Source: an uncultured Verrucomicrobiae bacterium (GTDB lineage Bacteria > Verrucomicrobiota > Verrucomicrobiia > Chthoniobacterales > JAFAMB01). From it: a stretch of 64,000 nucleotides of DNA. Within the stretch, counting starts at the first letter, position 1. The number at the start of each line of letters is the position of its first letter. Below are positions 42,399 to 49,553 of the stretch, in pieces. The notes beneath the pieces are model-generated. The model saw only the letters and a program-made list of their open reading frames with translations. It was not told the origin of the DNA and ran no database searches. Location: positions 2,848,001 through 2,912,000 of the forward strand of contig CAWIPH010000002.1 of the NCBI GenBank assembly GCA_963837955.1. Direction: 5' to 3'. A program made the translations under genes and the position numbers.

Positions 42399-43535
42399 AT
42401 GTCCCAGACTAAGATTCTGAAAGCCTCGGAGCCCTCGACGAAGCTGCGAGCCATGGGGGTGGGCCGTTTTTTGGTTCGTCTGCTCGTCTTAAGCGTCCTC
42501 ACGTGCATAGTGCTGATCGGCGTCGCGTGGGCCTTTGGCGCGGTCTGGTTCGATTTTCCATTCACAGGGTTGCGTCAGCCTCTAGCGGCTGCGTTCGGGG
42601 TAAGCGCAATCGCCGCGCTCGTGTTCGTGCGGCCCTACTGGCGAGCGCAGGTTGGCGTAGCCGGCGCAATTGCGCTCGTGGCGGCATGGGAGCTGACGAT
42701 CGCACCTTCCAATACGCGCGACTGGCAGCCCCAGGTAGCCGAAGCGCCCTACGCCGAAATTAGTGGCGACCGCGTCGTAATCCACAGCTTCCATAACTTC
42801 GACTACCTCAGCAAAACCGAGTTCCGCCCGCGATGGGATACCAAGATCGTGCAGCTTTCTAATCTGCGCGCCGTCGATTTTTTCACCAACTTCTGGGGAC
42901 CAAAACTTATCTGTCACACCTTCCTGAGCTTCGACTTTGGTCCAGACGGCTATGTTTGCATTTCCATCGAAACGCGGATGGCGAAGGGCCAGAATTATTC
43001 AGCGCTCGCGGGCTTATACCGGCAGTTCGAGCTCTACTACGTTATCGGCGACGAACGGGATATCGTGCGGGTACGCACTAACTACCGGCTTGAAGATGTC
43101 TATCTCTATCGCCTGCTTGCCGCAACCCCGGAAAAGGCCCGAGGCCTTTTTCTGGATTACCTAAAAAGCGCTAACGAGCTCCACGAACAAGCGCAATGGT
43201 ATAACGAGCTCACCAGCAATTGCACCACGAACATCCGAACCCATATCAAGCACATCGGCTCAGCGCGTCCATGGGACTGGCAGCTTCTTGTGAATGGCAC
43301 TATCGCCGAACGCGCCTACGAACTGAGGGCGATTGACACGTCGCTGCCCTTTGCCGAACTCAGGCGTCTAAGCTACATCGACGATCGCGCGCGCGCTGCC
43401 GATCGCGATCCGGCCTTCTCCAGCCGAATCCGGGAAGGACTCCCAGGGATCCGCGAGGCCTGGATTACCCCGTGGCTCTTCAAGTATTCGCTAGCGCGAA
43501 GCCTGCCGACACAAGATTTCTCGGACCACCAATGA
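42399..43535 (+). CDS. DUF4105 domain membrane protein
   Basis: N-terminal TMs; CHTFLSFDF, SIETR, GDERD, YNELTSNCTT. Confidence 0.85.
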   Translation: MSQTKILKASEPSTKLRAMGVGRFLVRLLVLSVLTCIVLIGVAWAFGAVWFDFPFTGLRQPLAAAFGVSAIAALVFVRPYWRAQVGVAGAIALVAAWELTIAPSNTRDWQPQVAEAPYAEISGDRVVIHSFHNFDYLSKTEFRPRWDTKIVQLSNLRAVDFFTNFWGPKLICHTFLSFDFGPDGYVCISIETRMAKGQNYSALAGLYRQFELYYVIGDERDIVRVRTNYRLEDVYLYRLLAATPEKARGLFLDYLKSANELHEQAQWYNELTSNCTTNIRTHIKHIGSARPWDWQLLVNGTIAERAYELRAIDTSLPFAELRRLSYIDDRARAADRDPAFSSRIREGLPGIREAWITPWLFKYSLARSLPTQDFSDHQ

Positions 43536-43588
43536 TCGGCGAAAACACTCCATTTTTAAATGTAATTCGACAATGGTTGCGCTGTTCG

Positions 43589-44017
43589 ATGAGGTTTAGA
43601 GGCCTCACGCTATGCTTGCTGATCCTTTTAACCGCTTGTAGCTCCGTGCAAACGGCCCAGCAGTCCTCGACAGTTTCGGACCCCAGCGCGAAACTGGCGA
43701 CGGTCTACCTCTATCGCCCACATAACTCGTCTGGGGCAGCGGTGGGAGTGGATATCAAAGACAACGGCATAGACATTGGCACGCTGCAGGATGGTACCTA
43801 CTTCGTTTACCATACAAATCCGGGGCAACACGCCCTCACTGCTACCACGGATACAGCTTCGACTCAGAATTTCGAACTACAGGCCGCTGCGACCTATTAT
43901 TTGGAGGCAGGCGTTGTTCCCCGCCAACATCTTTTTCAGCCGTCGCTAAGCGTCGTTTTTGATCTGCAAGGCCAGGCGGCGATCCAGAACTTGGAGCGTC
44001 TGCGTTATTATGAGTAG
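43589..44017 (+). CDS. DUF2846-like lipoprotein
   Basis: LLTAC lipobox; ATVYLYRP, GTYF, PGQH. Confidence 0.78.
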   Translation: MRFRGLTLCLLILLTACSSVQTAQQSSTVSDPSAKLATVYLYRPHNSSGAAVGVDIKDNGIDIGTLQDGTYFVYHTNPGQHALTATTDTASTQNFELQAAATYYLEAGVVPRQHLFQPSLSVVFDLQGQAAIQNLERLRYYE

Positions 44018-44105
44018 CACTGGCTTGGCCGCGAAGGCACGATCAAACGATGGCTGGTTGAACCGTTGCTCCATCGATCGCTGCGCTCAGGTCTCTCCGC
44101 AGGCA

Positions 44106-44125
44106 TATTGGACTAAGGTCCAATA
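44106..44125. promoter_or_regulatory. palindromic operator box upstream of the RiPP operon
   Basis: TATTGGAC TAAG GTCCAATA; TAAAGT 22 nt downstream; ATG at 44209. Confidence 0.82.
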
Positions 44126-44208
44126 GGCATCTCCAATTAAGATGCTCTAAAGTCATCGTAATTTATCCGCATGATTTGGGGCACCACGGGTTCTAAAGAA
44201 ATCAGTCT

Positions 44209-44718
44209 ATGAACCGAAGAGAAGCAATTATCGCGGGGGTGGTTGGCATTGCCACCGCCCTGCCCACGGTCGTGAATGTGCAGGCCTCCCCGTCCGAAAA
44301 TCCAGAGGTGGAACCGATTCGCGCTCTGTTAAAGGCGCACGATGAAGCCTTTACCAATCAGGACATCAATGGGGTCTTAGCGTGCTTCACGAAAACAGCC
44401 GCAATTATGGGCTCCGGACCCGGAGAAATCTGGTCAGGTCCAGATGAGATCAAAGTAGCCTATGAGCACTTCTTCCAGGGTTTCGACAAGGGACAACAAA
44501 AGTTCGAATACCAATTCAGGATTGGGGGGCTGACATCAGAGATGGGCTGGATGATGACTTCCGGAAACGTGACGGGTAAGAAGGACGGAAAAGATTTCGC
44601 GTTTCCCGTCAATATTTCTCTGACAGTCGCGAAAGATAGTGGCCATTGGCTGGTCGCTGCTATGCATTTTTCCACCTTGACGGGCGCCTCAGAAGCCAGT
44701 GCCAAAGACACACAGTAG
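44209..44718 (+). CDS. NTF2/SnoaL-like protein with twin-arginine-type signal
   Basis: MNRREAIIAG signal ending VQA; IRALLKAHDEAF...D, WLVAAMHFS NTF2-fold pattern. Confidence 0.82.
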   Translation: MNRREAIIAGVVGIATALPTVVNVQASPSENPEVEPIRALLKAHDEAFTNQDINGVLACFTKTAAIMGSGPGEIWSGPDEIKVAYEHFFQGFDKGQQKFEYQFRIGGLTSEMGWMMTSGNVTGKKDGKDFAFPVNISLTVAKDSGHWLVAAMHFSTLTGASEASAKDTQ

Positions 44719-44736
44719 TACGGTCGACTTCATACA

Positions 44737-45060
44737 ATGAACAACGAATCACCTATTGATGTTGGCCCGGACGAACAGATGAAGCTGCTGGAGCGGAGGC
44801 TGTTTCTTCAGAGCATGGGCAAATGGTCAGGCGCGGCGATCGCAGCAGCGATTTTCGGGAGCGTGTGGTTCGCCGGTCCGCCCGCCTCTCAGGCCGCTGG
44901 ATGGATTAATCGGCGAGGCGGCGGGGGTTATGGTGGCGGCGGATGGATCAATGGCCGGGGTGGCTGGGGCGGCGGGGGGAGCTGGGTGAACGGTGGCGGA
45001 GGCGGCTGGATCAACCGCCGGAATTATGGCGGCGGAGGATCATGGATAAACCGCTGGTAG
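44737..45060 (+). CDS. putative RiPP precursor: Tat-like leader + Gly-rich core with five W-[IV]-N motifs (GrrA/OscA-like)
   Basis: ERRLFLQ, hydrophobic region, SQA cleavage site; core AGWINRRGGGGYGGGGWINGRGGWGGGGSWVNGGGGGWINRRNYGGGGSWINRW. Confidence 0.82.
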   Translation: MNNESPIDVGPDEQMKLLERRLFLQSMGKWSGAAIAAAIFGSVWFAGPPASQAAGWINRRGGGGYGGGGWINGRGGWGGGGSWVNGGGGGWINRRNYGGGGSWINRW

Positions 45061-45995
45061 GCGTTGGTTCTAGCCGCGGTCGCGTGCTGCCGGGACCTCA
45101 TTGGCCCATTCTTTTCGTACCGTCTGATTTGGTGTCAGGCCAGAGAGGCGACCCATTTGTCGCAATCGTCAAAACTCGAGAAGAACTTAACCGGTGGCTT
45201 AGCAATCCGCTCGCCGGCTTACAGTGGCTCGAAGTCCACGGTTTGCTGGGAGATGCCGATGGGTGGTTGCAGGCGGCACAAGGCACATCGAATGTTCCGT
45301 TGGATGTCTTTCTCGCCAATCCAGCGTTGCAGTTTTCTGATTTATACCGACTCGTAGACGTTTGTGCGGTGCGTGATGTGCGGGTGAGTATGCCGGCCTC
45401 GCCCGGGTTTTTAAGGGCGCTCAAGTTGGCCGTAGCATTGCGGCTGCCGGTGCGCCTTCTTCCGGCACAACCGTCTCCGGATGCGTTTACTGAATTGATG
45501 GAGGCTGTGACCTTCTACCTTCGTGATCCCATGGTTGAAACGCCAGTGGAGTTTTTCCACTCGGTGCTGGGTTTCATGTGCGGCGCCGATACCGGTTCGC
45601 TCTGGACGATTCTTGAAGAGGACCCGGCGATATTCTTGCATCAAAGTTCTGACGAACGTTTCAAATCATCGGGCGTTGCCGGTTCTCCATCGCCGGAGAT
45701 CTCACTCCCGACGTTTGTGTCGACCCGCTTCAAAGAGCTCATCGCTCAGAACGCCGAGTGCGCCACCTGCCCTTGGCAGCAGATTTGCCAAGGATATTTC
45801 AAGTGGCCGGATCCCGCTTATGATTGCCGAGAGGTCAAACAGTTGTTTTCCATCATTAAAACTGCCGCGGATGAGATGAGGCAAGAACTTGCCTACCGAG
45901 ATCAGGCCGGCCCATCAGAGCAGCTTGGGGAATTTGGATCCGAGGCGTGCTCGTACAAAATAGGAGCAACTCCTCATGAGCGGACGAGTCTTTAG
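45042..45995 (+). CDS. hypothetical protein with a C-terminal SPASM-like Cys motif and no radical SAM motif
   Basis: CATCPWQQICQGYFKWPDPAYDC; ATG 45042 after GGAGG overlaps precursor end; 3' end overlaps rSAM start. Confidence 0.7.
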   Translation: MDKPLVGVGSSRGRVLPGPHWPILFVPSDLVSGQRGDPFVAIVKTREELNRWLSNPLAGLQWLEVHGLLGDADGWLQAAQGTSNVPLDVFLANPALQFSDLYRLVDVCAVRDVRVSMPASPGFLRALKLAVALRLPVRLLPAQPSPDAFTELMEAVTFYLRDPMVETPVEFFHSVLGFMCGADTGSLWTILEEDPAIFLHQSSDERFKSSGVAGSPSPEISLPTFVSTRFKELIAQNAECATCPWQQICQGYFKWPDPAYDCREVKQLFSIIKTAADEMRQELAYRDQAGPSEQLGEFGSEACSYKIGATPHERTSL

Positions 45996-47166
45996 CGTGA
46001 TTCTCCTTCCGACATCAGAATGCAATGTCGCCTGCGATTACTGCTTCGAACACAAAGAGCCGCATCGACTTTCGCCAGCGTTGCTGCCGCTGCTAACTCG
46101 ACGCTTGCTTGATCACCTGCAAAGCGAGGGGATCGCGGAATGTGAGATTTACTGGCAGGGTGGAGAGGCAATGCTCATGGGTCCGGAATGGTTCACGAAT
46201 GCCGGAGCTCTTATGGACGGAGCTGCGCTCGAGAGGGGTCGGAAGTTCGTTCACTATCTGCAAACCAATCTCATCAGCTACTCGGCCGCCTGGAACAATG
46301 TGATCCACCAGATGTTCAAGGGTTCGCTAGGGACCTCGATGGACTACCCCAACGTGCATCGCAAACTATTCAAGGGGGGCCCAGAGGCTTACACCAAACT
46401 CTGGACCAAAAGGCTTCACCAGGCGCGAGAGGCAGGGATCAAAATCGGCGTAATCGCGGTGCTTCATCAAGCAAGTCTGGAAGCTGGCGCAGAACGGTTT
46501 TACCAGTATTTCACGGAGGACCTCGGACTCGACGATTTCCAGGTCAACACGCCTTTTGCGGGTGGTCCCGCGAAGGACGTCGAGGGCGGCTTTGAGCTCG
46601 ATTCCGCTGAGCTGGCCCGGTTTCTCGGTGAGCTCTTTGACGTCTGGATCCAGCGCGGCTACGGCTCCGGTGTTTCGCTCGGTCCGTTCGACGCGTTGAT
46701 TGATCACTTCATCGGTCGACCGGCGCGTTTACCCTGCATCTGGAAAGAGAACTGTTCTAATCAGTTCATTTCGGTAGACGCCAAGGGATCGGTCGCTCAA
46801 TGCGACTGCTGGGTCACCAGCTATCCGGAATACTTCTTCGGCAATATCTTCCGCGAGCCCGACCTCACGCGGATGCTGAAAACAAGCCGAGCGCGACGAG
46901 ATTTCGTCGATCGGCCAAAGCATCTGGTTGAGCACGAAGACTGTCTATCTTGTCGTTATCTCTCTATCTGCCACGGTGGCTGCCCAGTAAGAACCTATAG
47001 TGCTCGAGGCACAATAATGGCCAAGGATCCCTATTGCGAGGTCTACAAAGTCGTGTTTGCCCGCGCTGAGAAACACGGCCAGGGAATATTGCGACGCCGT
47101 GTTGCCGGTGGTGGCCATGGCTCGCCGCTGTCCGGTGCTCGGGAAAGCTTCACCCGACCCAATTAG
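45976..47166 (+). CDS. radical SAM/SPASM domain enzyme, putative peptide maturase
   Basis: CNVACDYC (CxxxCxxC), WQGGE, LQTN; SPASM CIWKENC...QCDC...CLSCRYLSICHGGCP...YC. Confidence 0.92.
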   Translation: MSGRVFSVILLPTSECNVACDYCFEHKEPHRLSPALLPLLTRRLLDHLQSEGIAECEIYWQGGEAMLMGPEWFTNAGALMDGAALERGRKFVHYLQTNLISYSAAWNNVIHQMFKGSLGTSMDYPNVHRKLFKGGPEAYTKLWTKRLHQAREAGIKIGVIAVLHQASLEAGAERFYQYFTEDLGLDDFQVNTPFAGGPAKDVEGGFELDSAELARFLGELFDVWIQRGYGSGVSLGPFDALIDHFIGRPARLPCIWKENCSNQFISVDAKGSVAQCDCWVTSYPEYFFGNIFREPDLTRMLKTSRARRDFVDRPKHLVEHEDCLSCRYLSICHGGCPVRTYSARGTIMAKDPYCEVYKVVFARAEKHGQGILRRRVAGGGHGSPLSGARESFTRPN

Positions 47167-47283
47167 ACTCCATAGGACCGATGACAAAGAGGTCGCTCTG
47201 CATCAGGCGCCCGATACGCTGATTAGTTGAGCTAGCCCAAAAATTTATCCACGGTACCGATTTCGCGAGATCTTAGCTCCTGT

Positions 47284-47907
47284 TTAACCGTTTTTCGGCG
47301 CGATCTTTCCTAGGACGGCGTCACGGTACTGGGGCGCGACAGGCAGCTGTAAGGTCGCGGTTATAAGCGGCAGCACTGTAACAGCAAAATCCTTGGCAGG
47401 CTGAGCTTGATTCCGGCTCCATTCGAGCGCCGCAGCGTACATGGCCCAGCTCGCCATCGTCGCGACCAATTCGGGAGCGGCGTGCCCATCCCCCTTCGGA
47501 CACTTCAATGAGGTAAGTAAAATGTCCCGAACCAGCGTCTTAATCTTTGATTCGACCATCGGTTCGAATTGTCGCTGGTGCTTGGGACAGCGCTTCCCAA
47601 GCTCTTCGAGATAATCACACAGCGCCAGAATAATGCGGCGAAGGCCCTCTGGCTCCGCGGGAGTCGCGCCTTCCATTCTGGCGTGGAGCATCTGCCGGAA
47701 ATCGTCCTCTATCAAGTAATCGAGCAACGCGAATTTATCCGGAAAATGGTCATAAAACGTGGCCCGATTGACCGTCGCCTTCTCGGCGATGTCCTGGACG
47801 GAGATCGCTTCGAAATCCTTCTTAGCCAGGAGCTCCATGAACGCTTGGAGAAGAAACTGGCGAGTACGTTTAACGCGCGGGTCTAGGTGTTCGGAGCATT
47901 GGGACAT
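47284..47907 (-). CDS. TetR/AcrR family regulator
   Basis: DPRVKRTR, ISVQDIAEKATVNRATFYDHF HTH. Confidence 0.93.
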   Translation of the reverse strand: MSQCSEHLDPRVKRTRQFLLQAFMELLAKKDFEAISVQDIAEKATVNRATFYDHFPDKFALLDYLIEDDFRQMLHARMEGATPAEPEGLRRIILALCDYLEELGKRCPKHQRQFEPMVESKIKTLVRDILLTSLKCPKGDGHAAPELVATMASWAMYAAALEWSRNQAQPAKDFAVTVLPLITATLQLPVAPQYRDAVLGKIAPKNG

Positions 47908-48018
47908 GTGGTCACCTCTGAAACAATATAGCCGTTGACATCCAAAACGTCTAATGTAGTTTAGACGACAGATGTTGCTTAAACAGCTATTGTTCGATAT
48001 CTAGTCCGCTGATTCGCT

Positions 48019-48411
48019 ATGAGTGCTGCACTGAAAACTGTACCTAAGACAAAAAATATCCTCCTGTTGGTCTTGCAGGGCCTACTTGCCCTAGCCTTCC
48101 TGGCGGCCGGCTTCTCTAAACTGTCCGGCCAACCGATGATGGTCGAAACTTTTGCCAAAGTCGGGTTCGGTCAATGGCTCCGCCATTTCACCGGCAGCGT
48201 CGAAATCGTCTCAGCGATTCTCCTGCTTATTCCGGCGGTAGTCCCGATCGGTGCTCTGCTGTTACTAGCCACAATGATCTGTGCTGTCTTAGCGCATCTT
48301 TTTGTGATCGGTGGCACGCCTATCCCGCCAATCATCCTTCTCATTCTCTGCAGCATCGTTGCCTGGAGCCGGAAGGATCGGCTCGAACAACTACTCGGAC
48401 AGACCAAGTAA
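48019..48411 (+). CDS. DoxX family membrane protein
   Basis: FLAAGFSKLSG, GSVEIVSAILLLIP; about four TMs. Confidence 0.88.
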   Translation: MSAALKTVPKTKNILLLVLQGLLALAFLAAGFSKLSGQPMMVETFAKVGFGQWLRHFTGSVEIVSAILLLIPAVVPIGALLLLATMICAVLAHLFVIGGTPIPPIILLILCSIVAWSRKDRLEQLLGQTK

Positions 48412-48425
48412 AAACAACTCACACT

Positions 48426-49058
48426 ATGCCAACATTACTTCATTTAGATGCTAGTCCACGCGGCGAGCGCTCCGTCTCGCGCCAGCTCACCCAAGATTTC
48501 ACGACCGCCTGGAAAAAGGCGCACCCAGGCGGAGGAATCATTTATCGCGACCTTGGCCACAATCCCGTTCCGTTTGTGAATGAGGCGTGGATCGCGGCTG
48601 CCTATACTCCGCCAGATTCGCTCTCGCCGGAACTGCGCTCAGCTCAAGCGATCTCTAACGAATTGATCGCCGAATTAGAGAAAGCTACCGATTATGTCTT
48701 CGGAGTGCCCATGTACAACTTTTCGGTGCCGGCCGTGTTCAAGGCTTATATCGATCAGATCGTTCGGGTCGGGCGAACGTTCGCTTACGACGAATCGGGA
48801 TTTAAAGGGTTGCTGCCCGGCAGGAAAGTCACCGTAATCACGAGCAGCGGCGGTGCGTACCGGAGCGGCTCTCCGTTCGCGCCCTACAATTTTCAAGAGC
48901 CCTGGATCCGAGCAATACTAGGATTCATCGGTATCACGGATCTGGACTTCGTCGTAGCGGATGGCCTCAATGAAGTCGACATGGGTAAGCGCGATCGTCA
49001 ACAATACTTGAATCCGATCCGTGAACAGGTGCAGCAGATAGCGGCCGTAGCCGCTTGA
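48426..49058 (+). CDS. azoR: FMN-dependent NADH-azoreductase
   Basis: LHLDASPRGERSVSR, PMYNFSVP, KAYIDQI, SSGG. Confidence 0.9.
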   Translation: MPTLLHLDASPRGERSVSRQLTQDFTTAWKKAHPGGGIIYRDLGHNPVPFVNEAWIAAAYTPPDSLSPELRSAQAISNELIAELEKATDYVFGVPMYNFSVPAVFKAYIDQIVRVGRTFAYDESGFKGLLPGRKVTVITSSGGAYRSGSPFAPYNFQEPWIRAILGFIGITDLDFVVADGLNEVDMGKRDRQQYLNPIREQVQQIAAVAA

Positions 49059-49100
49059 TGGGGAAAAAATGGGCGGCGGAAGGATCCGATGCCGCTCGAA

Positions 49101-49395
49101 TCCCCGGCTCAAATAAATTTTCGCCCTACCGGCGCTGGACCTACACCCACGATCGGTAGGGCGAACGCTCTGCGTGAGCCGCTCAGCGGTCCCCGGTTCA
49201 AATAAATTTTTGCCCCACCGGCGCTGGACCTACACCCACGATCGGTAGGGCGAACGCTCTGCGTGAGCCGCTCCGCGGTTCCCGGCTCAAATAAATTTTC
49301 GCCCTACCAACGCTGGACCTACACCCGCGATCGGTAGGGCGAACGCTCTGCGTGAGCCGGTCCGCGGTCCCCGGTTCAAATAAATTTTCGCGCTA
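49101..49395. repeat. tandem array of about 3.3 x 89-bp REP/BIME-like units
   Basis: Units start at 49101, 49190, 49279, 49368; each has TTCGCCCTACC...GGTAGGGCGAA inverted pair. Confidence 0.9.
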
Positions 49396-49553
49396 ACGGA
49401 GACGGTGCGAAGGAGCATCTGTTCGTGGTCGAGAACAGCGTTTTCTCTTCTTTCATATCTTAGGCAAACGAAATACCAACTTAATTGATATTAGACGGTT
49501 CCCCAGCATTTCCCACATAATCGGGCCGGTCGTTGCCTTACCGGGAAATTTCT

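Noticed and set aside
19929..44125. Palindromic boxes as FNR/CRP sites or transposon ends
   Set aside because: Arms and spacing do not fit TTGAT-N4-ATCAA or TGTGA-N6-TCACA; the fixed distance to -10 hexamers fits an activator site, not mobile-element ends
44943..45041. N-terminal extension of the 350-aa ORF (MDQWPGWLGRRG...)
   Set aside because: It is the alternative-frame shadow of the Gly-rich precursor; ATG 45042 is more plausible
45976..47166. Anaerobic sulfatase-maturating enzyme for the arylsulfatase
   Set aside because: Disfavoured, not excluded: the sulfatase already has an adjacent FGE, and the rSAM is 10 kb away and coupled to the WxN peptide operon
49101..49395. CRISPR array
   Set aside because: The whole 89-bp unit is repeated nearly identically, there are no unique spacers and no cas genes
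49400..49553. Riboswitch or Fur box upstream of the TonB-dependent receptor
   Set aside because: No cobalamin or TPP core motif and no convincing Fur consensus recognised by eye; an Infernal/Rfam scan would be needed
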